From positions 32,001-96,000 of IMG/VR virus record IMGVR_UViG_3300032321_002024: a stretch of 64,000 nt of DNA; one strand, written 5' to 3'. Below, piece by piece: positions 9,653-20,039 of this stretch (position 1 is the first letter of the stretch; every line of letters starts with the position of its first letter). This DNA is from a virus. Taxonomy: Duplodnaviria; Caudoviricetes. The notes under the pieces are model-generated. The model had not been told where the DNA came from. It did no database searches and saw nothing but the letters and a program-made list of their open reading frames with translations. The translations under genes and the position numbers were made by a program.

Positions 9653-10120
9653 ATGTTCGAGATAAAAGGTAAAATAGTATTTGATCCAATCAATGTGACT
9701 AAAAAACACAATGCTCAATCTACGTGGAAAAAAGTTGCTATTGTAAAATTTGATTGTGATATCTACGCCTACTACTCTTGGTTCTTACAAAAGAGATTTA
9801 ATTTGTTTTTGAATAAACCATTAAGAGGAACTCACTTAACTTTTATCAATGATATTGTCGATGATGATGTTTATCTCAAAGCAAGAGATTTATTTGATGG
9901 TAAGGAAATAACTGTAAACTATGATCCTTTTTTTATTAGATCTAATAAAAAAGGTCACTGGTGGTTGAGAGCTGAATCTTTAGATGCTCAGAACATTAGA
10001 ACCGTTATGGGTTTGGGAGATCCTTATTTTGGTTATCACATCACTGTTGGTTTGGCAACTCACTTACAATTAGAACACTCTAAATATATCACTGACCAGT
10101 GTATAAGATTTGACTTATAG
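9653..10120 (+). CDS. 2H-phosphoesterase-like protein
   Basis: Two HxT motifs (THLTF, YHITV) about 70 aa apart. Confidence 0.65.
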   Translation: MFEIKGKIVFDPINVTKKHNAQSTWKKVAIVKFDCDIYAYYSWFLQKRFNLFLNKPLRGTHLTFINDIVDDDVYLKARDLFDGKEITVNYDPFFIRSNKKGHWWLRAESLDAQNIRTVMGLGDPYFGYHITVGLATHLQLEHSKYITDQCIRFDL

Positions 10121-10136
10121 GTATCAAAAATAATTT

Positions 10137-10463
10137 TTATCTTTCCTTTTGAATGTCTTCTAAAACTTCTATGGTTAGATTAAGTTCTTCTATATCTTTA
10201 TCACACATTTCGTGGTATTTCTTTTTACCACATAATGACCAAAAAAAGAAATGAACAACAAGATATATCAAATAAACATTAAGAGTCGGTCCAATAAGTA
10301 AAGGAAAAATAAAAAAAGGAATTAAAGAGATTATCCAAAAAAATAACTCAGAGTAAAGTCCTCTTAAAAATTTATGACCTTTAATATATCTATTTAGACT
10401 TTTATCAGAATAGTTTTTAGTTTTTTCCGATTCTTCTTCTTTTATTTCGTGATAGTTTAACAT
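10137..10463 (-). CDS. Hypothetical membrane protein (2 TM)
   Basis: Two hydrophobic stretches. Confidence 0.65.
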   Translation of the reverse strand: MLNYHEIKEEESEKTKNYSDKSLNRYIKGHKFLRGLYSELFFWIISLIPFFIFPLLIGPTLNVYLIYLVVHFFFWSLCGKKKYHEMCDKDIEELNLTIEVLEDIQKER

Positions 10464-10530
10464 AAATTATTCATATTATTTATGTATATATGATAAACAT
10501 TTTCAATAGTTTACCGTAAAATTTTTACCA

Positions 10531-10884
10531 ATGAATGATTTTTTTGATAGTTTTAAGGGTAAACCTAAATATGACCATAAAGTCAGAGTAGTTCATTTTA
10601 AGAAAGAACACTTTGATATTTATATTGGTCGCCTTCCAAATGGTAAGTATAATAAATGGGCTTACCCTAAAGAATTGCGTGAGTCTTTTCCAGAGGGAAC
10701 TCCGCGAAAAATAATTGTAGATGCTTATGAAGAGTATTTACTCTCAAATAAAGAATTAATGAATGATTTACACGAACTAAAAGATAAAACACTTGGATGT
10801 TGGTGTAAAAATTTAGGAGGTGGTGGGAAATCTTGCCATGGTGACATTTTAGTTAAATGGGTTAAAAAGAAATGTAATGACTGA
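10531..10884 (+). CDS. DUF4326-like protein
   Basis: DIYIGR...LGCWC...CHGDIL. Confidence 0.8.
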   Translation: MNDFFDSFKGKPKYDHKVRVVHFKKEHFDIYIGRLPNGKYNKWAYPKELRESFPEGTPRKIIVDAYEEYLLSNKELMNDLHELKDKTLGCWCKNLGGGGKSCHGDILVKWVKKKCND

Positions 10885-11221
10885 TTTAGAATTATTAGAA
10901 TGTACTCAAAGTGTTTATGATCTTCTCATAGATGATAATGATATTAGATTGAATAAAAGTTTTAATTCATTTATGGAAAATCCTTCATTTAAGAAAATGA
11001 ATGATACTCTAACGAAATATGGTTTTGGAAATGAATGGAGTGAAAGAGCTGATATGGTTTTATTTACCCAATGTCTTAATGGCTTATATAAAATATATGA
11101 CCAAAATGATTTTAGAAAATTACTAAAATATACTCCAAAAGATTTCTTTTCATCAACAAAATCACATGATTTTTATAGAACAATTTTAAGAGAATTAAAA
11201 TTGAATCTATGCCTGAACTAG
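10877..11221 (+). CDS. Hypothetical protein with C-terminal RxxKL tag
   Basis: Ends LRELKLNLCLN. Confidence 0.65.
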   Translation: MTDLELLECTQSVYDLLIDDNDIRLNKSFNSFMENPSFKKMNDTLTKYGFGNEWSERADMVLFTQCLNGLYKIYDQNDFRKLLKYTPKDFFSSTKSHDFYRTILRELKLNLCLN

Positions 11222-12012
11222 CAGAATTAAAAATCATGGCTGATTATATTAATCAGAATGTAAAACAAAAGACTTTCAATAAATCATTTCATGTCCTAAA
11301 AGGTAATAACCCTGAACAATTTCAACTACTTAATGAATTCAAAGTTGATGCTGAATCTTTTGGTAAAGAGTTAATTATTAGATTTTATAATGGTTCTGAA
11401 ATTCATAAAATATCTGTTTTTATGGGTATGTCTGGTAATTGGAAGTGGATTCCAACTGGTGTTTGGAGTGATACTAAGTATGTTAGAATGAGATTAGACA
11501 CTACTGATGGATATTCACTACTTCTTTATGGTTCTTATATGGGACCAAAATATAGAATTGGTGGATTTACTGGTGTTAAAAGAGGTCCTGATCCTACTAA
11601 GGACTTTTCAGGTTTTTGTGAAAATATAAAGTCAAATCTTAGTAAAAAAACTTTTGATAAACCTATTTGTGAGGCTTTACTTGACCAAAAGTATTTTAAT
11701 GGAATTGGTAATTATCTCAGAAGTACCATTTTATACTATTTAGATGTTAATCCATTTGAAGATGCTCGGACTATTATTAAGTCATATCCTGAAATATTAG
11801 ATATGTGTAGAGATATTCCAATAAAAGCTTATCATTTAAACGGGGGTCAGTTGGCTGATTGGAAGAATCCATTTGATACTGATTATGAGGAGTTTCAAAA
11901 ATGGGTTTATTATAAAAAAGGATTATCTTGTAAAGATAATACTGGTAGAACATTTTGGTTTGATAAAAAATGGATGGATTTCTGTCCTTACAAAACTATT
12001 CTGAAAAAATAA
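11209..12012 (+). CDS. Fpg/Nei-family DNA glycosylase/AP lyase
   Basis: N-terminal MPELAE, GKEL, H2TH motif LLDQKYFNGIGNYL, GRTFW. Confidence 0.9.
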   Translation: MPELAELKIMADYINQNVKQKTFNKSFHVLKGNNPEQFQLLNEFKVDAESFGKELIIRFYNGSEIHKISVFMGMSGNWKWIPTGVWSDTKYVRMRLDTTDGYSLLLYGSYMGPKYRIGGFTGVKRGPDPTKDFSGFCENIKSNLSKKTFDKPICEALLDQKYFNGIGNYLRSTILYYLDVNPFEDARTIIKSYPEILDMCRDIPIKAYHLNGGQLADWKNPFDTDYEEFQKWVYYKKGLSCKDNTGRTFWFDKKWMDFCPYKTILKK

Positions 12013-12023
12013 ATAAAACTATT

Positions 12024-13100
12024 ATGAAGAATAATGTAGATAAACAGTATTTAAAATATTTAAAATACATACTAAATAATGGAGTTAAAAAAGTAGATAG
12101 AACCGGAACCGGAACTATATCAATTTTTGACTATTCTATGCGTTTTAATATGTCAGAAGGATTTCCACTTCTTACATCAAAAAAGGTTTTTACAAAAGCT
12201 GTAATTCACGAACTTATTTGGTTTTTAAAAGGTGATACTAATATTAAATATCTTGTTGATAATGGTGTTCATATCTGGGATGGTGATTCCTTCGCCAATT
12301 ATTTAAAGACTAGAGATAGGTTTTCTAATAAAGATAATGTAAAAGAAGATGTTGTCATTAATGGAATGAATGGTTCTTCTAATAGACCTTATACTCAAGA
12401 AGAATTCATTGACAAAATCAAAACTGATGATGAGTTTGCTAACAAGTGGGGTGAGTTAGGTCCAGTGTATGGAAAGCAATGGAGAAGTTGGAATAGTTCA
12501 GAAGCAGAATTTGAAGGATTGGCAGGTATAGATCAAATCCAAACCCTAATCAACGACCTTAAAACAAACCCAGATAGTAGACGATTAATGGTTAATGCTT
12601 GGAATGTAGGTGAATTAGACCAAATGGTTCTTCCACCTTGTCACTTTGGTTTTCAGTGCTATACGTCTGAATTAACAATTGAACAAAGAAAAAAATGGTG
12701 GTGTGATTACTTTGAAAAAGATATATCATATGCTGATGATATTAGTGAATCTGAATTAGATGAACAGTTAGTTCCTAAAAGAAAGTTAGATCTTAAATGG
12801 TTTCAAAGATCGGTGGATTCACCACTAGGTCTTCCTTTTAATATTGCGTCATATGCTATACTATTGCATCTTTTAGCAAAAGAAGTAAATATGGTTCCTA
12901 ATGATTTGATTTTCTCTGGTGGTGATTGTCATATCTATCTTAATCAAATCAAAGGAGTTAATGAGCAGTTAAAAAGAGAAACTTTTAAATTACCAAAGTT
13001 GAAACTACATAATAAATCAATTTTTGATTTAAAATACGAAGATTTTGAAATTATAGATTATAAATATTCACCAACTATTCAGTTTCCACTTTCGAACTAA
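12024..13100 (+). CDS. thyA: Thymidylate synthase
   Basis: DRTGTGT, GPVYGKQW, SRRL, LPPCH, QRSVD, PFNIASY, HIY; ATG at 12024. Confidence 0.97.
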   Translation: MKNNVDKQYLKYLKYILNNGVKKVDRTGTGTISIFDYSMRFNMSEGFPLLTSKKVFTKAVIHELIWFLKGDTNIKYLVDNGVHIWDGDSFANYLKTRDRFSNKDNVKEDVVINGMNGSSNRPYTQEEFIDKIKTDDEFANKWGELGPVYGKQWRSWNSSEAEFEGLAGIDQIQTLINDLKTNPDSRRLMVNAWNVGELDQMVLPPCHFGFQCYTSELTIEQRKKWWCDYFEKDISYADDISESELDEQLVPKRKLDLKWFQRSVDSPLGLPFNIASYAILLHLLAKEVNMVPNDLIFSGGDCHIYLNQIKGVNEQLKRETFKLPKLKLHNKSIFDLKYEDFEIIDYKYSPTIQFPLSN

Positions 13101-13122
13101 AATAAAAAAAATAAAAATATAA

Positions 13123-13647
13123 ATGGATTTAGTAAAAACAGACTACCGAGAACAACTTCTTGAATCAATAAAAAAATTAGAAACAGAAGGTCTATCAGAT
13201 GAGATTGAGATTATCTCTAAGGTTGTTGAAGAACAAAAAGTATACTTTTGGATTAGATTGTATCTTAAAGAAGAAGACTTAAATATTCAAGTTGGTGATG
13301 ATATAGTAATTAGGTATCAACCTCGTTCAACTTTCATAGATGGTGTTAAGATATGGGAATCCGAACAAGTTGAAGAACTTGTGACAAAATTTGTTTGTTA
13401 TGGTAAGAAAGGTTTAGAGAAAGATCATGATAATGAAGTTGTTAATTATTCAAATGAAGATGATTCAAAAATATTGTGTCTTATGGTTGATGAAACTACT
13501 GTCAATTTTGGAGAAGGTATTGGATTTATCAGAACACTTTTCAAAACAGGAAGACACTATGAGTATCAGCTTGTTAGAAGAGATGAGTTACTTTTTATAA
13601 ACAAAAGAAATGGAGTTATTTTAGATTATTTTGATTGTGATTTTTAA
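13123..13647 (+). CDS. Hypothetical protein
   Basis: 174-aa ORF. Confidence 0.7.
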   Translation: MDLVKTDYREQLLESIKKLETEGLSDEIEIISKVVEEQKVYFWIRLYLKEEDLNIQVGDDIVIRYQPRSTFIDGVKIWESEQVEELVTKFVCYGKKGLEKDHDNEVVNYSNEDDSKILCLMVDETTVNFGEGIGFIRTLFKTGRHYEYQLVRRDELLFINKRNGVILDYFDCDF

Positions 13648-13728
13648 TAAATTTTCTAAATTTTTTTAAAAAATTAAAAAAACGAGTTTTTATTATAAAT
13701 ATATACATTATAAAAAAATAAAAAAAAT

Positions 13729-14379
13729 ATGAAATACGTAAAAACATTCGAAAATTTTAATCCTTCTGTTAATGAAGGATGGTTATGGGGAGAAGGAAAC
13801 ATCTTTTCAAAAATTGGTAAGTGGTATTCTGGGTGGAAAAATAAAAAAGCTGTAGAAATGGCTGAGGCTACAAAAAAAATTATGGAAGATCCTGCTAATA
13901 AAGCTAAATTTGCTAAAGTAGAAGAAGAACTCGCGAAATTGCCAGAAGAAGATCTTAAAGAATTGAAACTTAAAATGGAAAATTTCAATCCAGACGTAGC
14001 TGCTGCTAATGCTCCAGAAGGAACTGAAGAAGAATTAAAAGAATTGATTCAAGATTCTGTAAATATTTCTAGAACAAAATATGGAACACCATTATACGAA
14101 TCTAGACTTATTGCAATAAATGAAAATGCTCAATCATTGGGACAAAGGATTTTGAAAGCTTTCGGATTAGCTGCTAAATATTTAGCAATAATACTTGCCA
14201 TAGTTATTGTTCTTGTAGCACTTGGAGCACTAATTAAAATTGCTGCAGGAGCAATAGCAACTGCAGTTGCTGTTGGTAGCGGAGTAAGCATATTCGTTGC
14301 TTGTTGGTCAGCAGCTGTTGCTACAGGATTGACAATTGGTGTTGGAAGAGTTGGATATGGTTTAGCAACTGGTAAATAA
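13729..14379 (+). CDS. Putative virion internal protein with C-terminal hydrophobic hairpin
   Basis: MKYVKTFENF...VNE signal; long Ala/Gly/Ile-rich C-terminus. Confidence 0.6.
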   Translation: MKYVKTFENFNPSVNEGWLWGEGNIFSKIGKWYSGWKNKKAVEMAEATKKIMEDPANKAKFAKVEEELAKLPEEDLKELKLKMENFNPDVAAANAPEGTEEELKELIQDSVNISRTKYGTPLYESRLIAINENAQSLGQRILKAFGLAAKYLAIILAIVIVLVALGALIKIAAGAIATAVAVGSGVSIFVACWSAAVATGLTIGVGRVGYGLATGK

Positions 14380-14423
14380 TTAAAATTATTTTCGATATAA
14401 AAAAATAGTAAGTGAATAACTTA

Positions 14424-14699
14424 CTATTTTTTTTTGTCTAAATTTTCGAGTTGTTCTTTCATATAGTCGTCAGTAAGACCAGCTTTTTCTAACATAATTG
14501 GATTTACTTTAAAACAATAAGCTAAAATACCAAGTTTGAAAATTAGACCAAGTAATCCTGGTTGAAAAACCACATCAAAAATCCACCCTAACAATGGTGC
14601 AAATGATAGCAATTTGAGTGTTGAGAACACCAAAATAATAAAAAAGGAATGATGAATAAATTTGAAGTTTTTAAGGTAAAATTTTAGTAATGTTTTCAT
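14424..14699 (-). CDS. Small membrane protein
   Basis: Hydrophobic; TATATTTG promoter motif upstream. Confidence 0.6.
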   Translation of the reverse strand: MKTLLKFYLKNFKFIHHSFFIILVFSTLKLLSFAPLLGWIFDVVFQPGLLGLIFKLGILAYCFKVNPIMLEKAGLTDDYMKEQLENLDKKK

Positions 14700-14808
14700 A
14701 ATGTTTCTTTATATCTACAAATATAGTGAAACTATCTTAATAAAAAAAATATTTTTTAACTTTTTTTGAAAATGGTCTATAATATATGTAAAAATTAATA
14801 AAAATTAA

Positions 14809-16335
14809 ATGCTTGTAGAAACGCAATATCTATCAAATAGTAAAAAGTTAGTAGTAAGTTATGTTGATAAAACAGGTGATATCAAACTCAAATACTACAA
14901 TTGGGATAATCCCATGAAATATGTAGCTTGTGATGATACTGATGTTCAGAAACATCCAACATTTCGTTCTTGGGATGGTAAATCAGTTAAACAAATTGAA
15001 GTTAATCATCCAGATAGGTATGCAATATATGAGTTTCTCGATTCTTTACCACAAAAAGAAAGAGAAGAAATTTTTGAATTTAATCTACCGAAAATTTATT
15101 TTATAGATATTGAAACTGAAATCGTTGATGGTTTTCCAGAAGCAGCTGATATAAAAGATGCTGCTGGTAATGTCATTAAAGAAGGAGCTTGTACACAAGT
15201 TCTTTCTATTTCAATTGTTTATGATGATAAAATCATACTTCTTGGGTTAAAAGATATGCCTGAAGACATGCAGGAAAGAATTAAAGATAATACTAATAAG
15301 TATTTTGAAAAATTTGGTTCTGATTATAAATTCAAATATGTCAAATACGAAGATGAGTTTGATATGTTATATGCTTTCTTTTATAAGATGGTTCCTAAAA
15401 TGCCACTTCTTACTGGTTGGAACTTCTTGAAATATGACTGGTTGTATTTAGTTAATAGATCTCGTAAAATTAGTAAGTGGGTTAATGGTAAAGAATATAA
15501 AATTGATCCAGCTGTATCATCATTGACAAAAAGAATAACTAAAGCATGGGGAACAGAGTACGAAGTTCCAGCTCATAGAATGATTTTTGATTATATGCAA
15601 CTTTATGAGATTTGCGATACATCTATTAAAGTAAAAGAATCTTCTTCATTGGACTTTGTTTCTAATAAGCTTGTGGGTGTTGAGAAGATTAAATATACTG
15701 GTTCACTTCAAAAACTTTATGAAGATGATTTTGAAACATTTATGTATTACAACGCGGTCGATTCCGTGTTGGTTCAAAAGATACACGAAGCTAGAAACTA
15801 TATCTCTATCATATATGCGATATCATCACTTGCCCAAATTAGAATAGTTGATGTTGTTTCTCAGATGAACAATGCTCTTGGATCACTTGCGATTACAGAA
15901 GGTGTTTTAAGAAATAGATTCCGAGAGATGGATAATATAGTTCTTTTTAGAGATGAAAAGGGAGATGCTGAGTCAACAATTGCTGGTGGTTGGGTAAAGG
16001 ATCCAGTAGTTGGTATGAATCAGTGGTGTGTCACTTATGACTTTGCTTCACTTTATCCAACAACACAGCGTCAATTCTTTATTGCTCCTGAGACATTTAT
16101 TGGTTTACAAGATGAAAAAGATAAATCAAAGTGCACAAATGGTAGAAAAATTGATTCTCAAAAACACGTTCTTTGTGTAAATGGTGTTGTATTTGAAAAA
16201 AGAATTTCACCAACTCTGAATATGCTTGAAGATGTTTATGCTGATAGAAAGAAGAATAAAAAAATCATGATGCAAAAGAAAGAAGAGTTAAAAGAAGTCA
16301 TGGATGAAATAAAAAGATTAGAAGCGGAATTATAA
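14809..16335 (+). CDS. Family B DNA polymerase, N-terminal subunit (exonuclease + motif A; split gp43A-like)
   Basis: DIETE (ExoI), GWNFLKYD (ExoII), YNAVDS (ExoIII), DFASLYP (motif A); ends after first fingers helix, no KxxxNSxYG or DTDS. Confidence 0.9.
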   Translation: MLVETQYLSNSKKLVVSYVDKTGDIKLKYYNWDNPMKYVACDDTDVQKHPTFRSWDGKSVKQIEVNHPDRYAIYEFLDSLPQKEREEIFEFNLPKIYFIDIETEIVDGFPEAADIKDAAGNVIKEGACTQVLSISIVYDDKIILLGLKDMPEDMQERIKDNTNKYFEKFGSDYKFKYVKYEDEFDMLYAFFYKMVPKMPLLTGWNFLKYDWLYLVNRSRKISKWVNGKEYKIDPAVSSLTKRITKAWGTEYEVPAHRMIFDYMQLYEICDTSIKVKESSSLDFVSNKLVGVEKIKYTGSLQKLYEDDFETFMYYNAVDSVLVQKIHEARNYISIIYAISSLAQIRIVDVVSQMNNALGSLAITEGVLRNRFREMDNIVLFRDEKGDAESTIAGGWVKDPVVGMNQWCVTYDFASLYPTTQRQFFIAPETFIGLQDEKDKSKCTNGRKIDSQKHVLCVNGVVFEKRISPTLNMLEDVYADRKKNKKIMMQKKEELKEVMDEIKRLEAEL

Positions 16336-16388
16336 AAAAAAGAGATTTTTGAATTTAATATATAAGTTACTAAAAATTAAAATTTTAT

Positions 16389-18089
16389 ATGAGAGTTCAA
16401 AACTTCACAAATTACTCTAAACTCTACGAAGCAAAATTGATGGAATGTCAATTTCTTACAGAGCAAAATATTACAGCTGATGATATAATTACTCCATTAG
16501 AATCATTAATCACTGAAGAATTCATTAATAATCTAATTCAAAAAGGAAAACAAGCTATTTCTAATGTTTATACTAATGTAAAAGATGCTATTAGTAAATT
16601 CTTTACAGGTGTCGTTGAGTTTTTCAAAAACTTTTCACTTAAGAAATTAGCTGGTTCTATCTTTAACAAGATTAAGGAAATCGGAACTAAAGTTTGGAAC
16701 AAAATTAAAGATATGTTGAGTGGATTCAAAGAATTTATCGTATCAAATGGTTTGGCTGATGAGAATAATAGACCTAACTTTCAAAGAATTTGGACTGTAT
16801 TGTGTCAAAAAGCAAAATCTGCTGTTAATTGGCAAGAAGCTGGAGTTACTCCAGATAAATTACAATCTGTTGGTAATCAAGTTAAGTTAAATGAATCTGA
16901 TAGTAAATCAATTGGTGATGATGAGGTTAAATATTATGGAGTTTTTGAAAAAATAGCACATGCTTTAGGTATCAAAAATGCTAGATTTAATGGAGTTGTT
17001 TCTCAGATAATGAAGAAAACTACAATAGGTTTAATTATAATTGGTATTCTTAAAGTTGCTGGTATTAGTTTAGCGGGTCTTACTTTAGGTTTAAGTCCAG
17101 TTGCAATGGCCGCTATCGGTGGTATGTTGTTAATGGCTGGTTTAATTATCTTAGCAATTTGGGTTTGTAAACCTTATCCAACAGTTGATGATTGTTTAGC
17201 TTATTTGCATATGGCTTTTGGTGGAAATTTAAATCAAAACGGGGTAACTAATATTTTCATTACAGATATTGATATTACATACATTGAAGGAGGTGGTATT
17301 ACTGACACAGGATCATCTGAGGCAGGTGATTCAGATATAACATCTAAAGACATTGAAAAAGCCAAACCTTTAAAATCTCTTTATCCTACAATGATTAAAA
17401 ATCTACAAGCATTGAAAAGTATGATTATTTCTTTTGAGGGTGTGGGAATTGAAGGTGAGGAATCATCTCAAAAAGGAGATATGGTTAAAAGAAAAAATAA
17501 AGAGGAAGTTGAAAGAGCTAGAAGACAAAAAGTAAGAGAGTCTGTTCAGTCTTTTTTACTTTTTGAAAAAGAATTTTCAAAAGAATTTTCAAAACAATCA
17601 AGAAAAGTTCAAATCACAGGAGCTGAAGAACATCTTGTTCAAGCTTTTAAAAATATCACTAAATCTTTACAAGTTCTAAAAGATGAAAAAGATAAAGGTG
17701 TTGGAATTACTGATGATTTTGTCGGTGATATTTTAGATAAAAAGATGGATGTTGAGGCTAAAAAGTCTATTAAGGCTTTATATGAAGAGGTTTACGAACA
17801 TCTTTATGGTAAATATTCTAAGACTATGGCTGATTTAGGACCACTTTTCAAAGAAAGTATAGAAGTAATTTCTGATAAAAATAAAAGAAAAGTAGTTGCT
17901 GAAAAAATGGCAAGACTTTCAAAGAGAACAATGCAATTTGAAGGTGAGAATATGTATGCGTCTTTAGGTGAATTTGGAGCTGATATGAGAGATTTTAATA
18001 CAACACTTAAAGAAATAATGACTTCATTTAAAGCAGAATCTGTCGCTGAAAGTAAAGTTTTTTCTTTTAAAAACTATAATAATAAATAA
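16389..18089 (+). CDS. Putative virion internal protein with central TM hairpin
   Basis: MRVQNFTNY...LYE; hydrophobic segment IGLIIIGILKVAG...LAIW; many L/I-x-E sites. Confidence 0.6.
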   Translation: MRVQNFTNYSKLYEAKLMECQFLTEQNITADDIITPLESLITEEFINNLIQKGKQAISNVYTNVKDAISKFFTGVVEFFKNFSLKKLAGSIFNKIKEIGTKVWNKIKDMLSGFKEFIVSNGLADENNRPNFQRIWTVLCQKAKSAVNWQEAGVTPDKLQSVGNQVKLNESDSKSIGDDEVKYYGVFEKIAHALGIKNARFNGVVSQIMKKTTIGLIIIGILKVAGISLAGLTLGLSPVAMAAIGGMLLMAGLIILAIWVCKPYPTVDDCLAYLHMAFGGNLNQNGVTNIFITDIDITYIEGGGITDTGSSEAGDSDITSKDIEKAKPLKSLYPTMIKNLQALKSMIISFEGVGIEGEESSQKGDMVKRKNKEEVERARRQKVRESVQSFLLFEKEFSKEFSKQSRKVQITGAEEHLVQAFKNITKSLQVLKDEKDKGVGITDDFVGDILDKKMDVEAKKSIKALYEEVYEHLYGKYSKTMADLGPLFKESIEVISDKNKRKVVAEKMARLSKRTMQFEGENMYASLGEFGADMRDFNTTLKEIMTSFKAESVAESKVFSFKNYNNK

Positions 18090-18098
18090 ATTTAAGCT

Positions 18099-18746
18099 AT
18101 GAGTAAAATTGAAAAATTTGATGAATTTACTAACGAAGGTTTAAAAGAGTTAGCAGCAAAAATGAGAAGAACCGTTACTGGTCAATCAGCTGGTGAGGAA
18201 ATTGAAAAACTACCTCAGGACCAACAACAGAAATTGGTTGATTTATACAAACAAGATCCAACTGAAGCGGCTAAATACTTAAGAAGTATTATAATAAAAG
18301 AAAAAAATAGTCAATTTGGTTTAGGATTGGCTTTAACAATAGCTGGAGCTGCTATGATTTATAAAGCTGCTAATATCGAGCCACCACAGCCGCCACCGCC
18401 ACCATCCGATGGTAAGTTTATGCCATCAGAGGAAGGTATTACACAAACACTTAACAAGTATACTGGAAGTGAGTTAAATCCAAAATCAAGTCCTGAAGAA
18501 TTTATAAAATCAGTAAAAGACTTTGGAGGTGGAGATTATAATCAAGGTATTGAAAATCTAACAAAAGGAGTTTCAGGTTCTGATAAAAGTGAAATTATTT
18601 CTACTCTAAAAGCAATTGGTTCCGATCCACACGGAAATGGTGATACATTAGGACAAATATTCCAAGGTGATTGGTCAGGAACTGGTAAAACAGCCGGAGA
18701 CTTATTAGATTGGCCAGCTGATACAAAAGTTTGGGTTCAAAATTAA
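18099..18746 (+). CDS. Putative virion internal protein with TM helix and Pro-rich linker
   Basis: MSKIEKFDEFTNE; FGLGLALTIAGAAMI; PPQPPPPP. Confidence 0.6.
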   Translation: MSKIEKFDEFTNEGLKELAAKMRRTVTGQSAGEEIEKLPQDQQQKLVDLYKQDPTEAAKYLRSIIIKEKNSQFGLGLALTIAGAAMIYKAANIEPPQPPPPPSDGKFMPSEEGITQTLNKYTGSELNPKSSPEEFIKSVKDFGGGDYNQGIENLTKGVSGSDKSEIISTLKAIGSDPHGNGDTLGQIFQGDWSGTGKTAGDLLDWPADTKVWVQN

Positions 18747-18823
18747 ATAAAATTTTATTAAAAAAAACCTCTAATATTTATTTATTAGAGGTTTTTTTGT
18801 ATATTTGTATAAATAAATCCACT

Positions 18824-19408
18824 ATGAAATATCTAATAATTTTATCCTCTATAGTTTTTTGTTTATATTTTGTATTTTTTCAAAACAATGTCAAAGTTGA
18901 AGAAATATATGATACGAATTCGACTAAAATTGAAATAGTTGGATTGAATAATTTTTCTGAAGAAGATTTAAAAATTGTAAAATCTACAATTATAAAGTTC
19001 TATGGCTTTGATTGTGTGATATCAAATCCTGAAAATGTGAATTTATCAAGTTGTGAAGATGCTCAACTTTCTACTGGTAAAAATGATTATTTTTATTATG
19101 ACGAAAGTGAAAAAATTGTCATATATGTTACAGACCAAAAGTTATACTCAACTAAGAATAACGAATCTGTTCAAGGTCTTTGTTTTGGAAATCAAATTTA
19201 TTTAAGAAGTAATATAGTTCATGATAGAGAATCTTCTATTGAATTAATAAAATCCAATGCAATTCATGAAGTTGCACATAGCTTTGGAGTTAGTCACTGT
19301 CATAATACTTGTATAATGAATAGTGAGTCCTTTGAATTTTGGAATAAAGTTAAAGATGAGCCAATTTTCTGCGATGATTGTAAATCTAAATTACCTTCAC
19401 GGTTTTAA
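18824..19408 (+). CDS. Archaemetzincin-like Zn metalloprotease with N-terminal anchor
   Basis: HEVAHSFGVSHC..CIM...FCDDC; ATG 18824 after promoter. Confidence 0.85.
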   Translation: MKYLIILSSIVFCLYFVFFQNNVKVEEIYDTNSTKIEIVGLNNFSEEDLKIVKSTIIKFYGFDCVISNPENVNLSSCEDAQLSTGKNDYFYYDESEKIVIYVTDQKLYSTKNNESVQGLCFGNQIYLRSNIVHDRESSIELIKSNAIHEVAHSFGVSHCHNTCIMNSESFEFWNKVKDEPIFCDDCKSKLPSRF

Positions 19409-20039
19409 AATTTAAATTAGGTAGTTTCTCTGAGACTACCTTTTTTGCGCCTCTAATATATTTAGAGTTATCATCATAAAAGATAACATTTTGAAATCCG
19501 GTGGTTTCTACCAATTCTACAATCTTATCACCTTTCCATTTTCCAGCATTTACTTTACCATCTGGGCACATATGTAAACCCCATTTTGGATTTTCTAATC
19601 CAAATTGTTTCAAAACTGATTCTATTTTATTTCTCATTCTTTGTGGTCTAGCTGTTACTATGCACTTATCTTCAATTGATTTGTAAAGACTTGCCAGTTC
19701 TTTCAATTTAGTTGGTAAACTTTCATCTAAGTAACTAAATTCATCTGGTTGAACTAAATAAAGACGATTACCTTTTCTAACCCAATCTTTTTCTTCTTTA
19801 TAAATTTTATTAGGATCATCTACAAATATTCTTCTATCCTGAACTTTTAGTTTGTCTTTTGTTATTCCAATTCTTTTAACAGCTCTATCTAATAAATCTT
19901 TAACAGTTAAGTTCTCATTTAGAAACTTTATGGCAATATCTTCATATCTTGGTGTCACCATAAGAGTGTCATCAAAGTCAAAAACGTATAGAGTGTTGTT
20001 CTCTATATCAAACTCATTAAATTTATCAATCTTCACCAT
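19386..20039 (-). CDS. HAD-superfamily phosphatase (RNA-repair-like HAD) with N-terminal signal
   Basis: VFDFDDTL, VTAR, KG, FYDD; MVKIDKFNEF. Confidence 0.8.
   Translation of the reverse strand: MVKIDKFNEFDIENNTLYVFDFDDTLMVTPRYEDIAIKFLNENLTVKDLLDRAVKRIGITKDKLKVQDRRIFVDDPNKIYKEEKDWVRKGNRLYLVQPDEFSYLDESLPTKLKELASLYKSIEDKCIVTARPQRMRNKIESVLKQFGLENPKWGLHMCPDGKVNAGKWKGDKIVELVETTGFQNVIFYDDNSKYIRGAKKVVSEKLPNLNFKTVKVI

Noticed and set aside
16200-16400. Intein or group I intron splitting the polymerase
   Set aside because: No intein-like N-terminal block at the break, and the short AT-rich gap leads straight into an unrelated gene.
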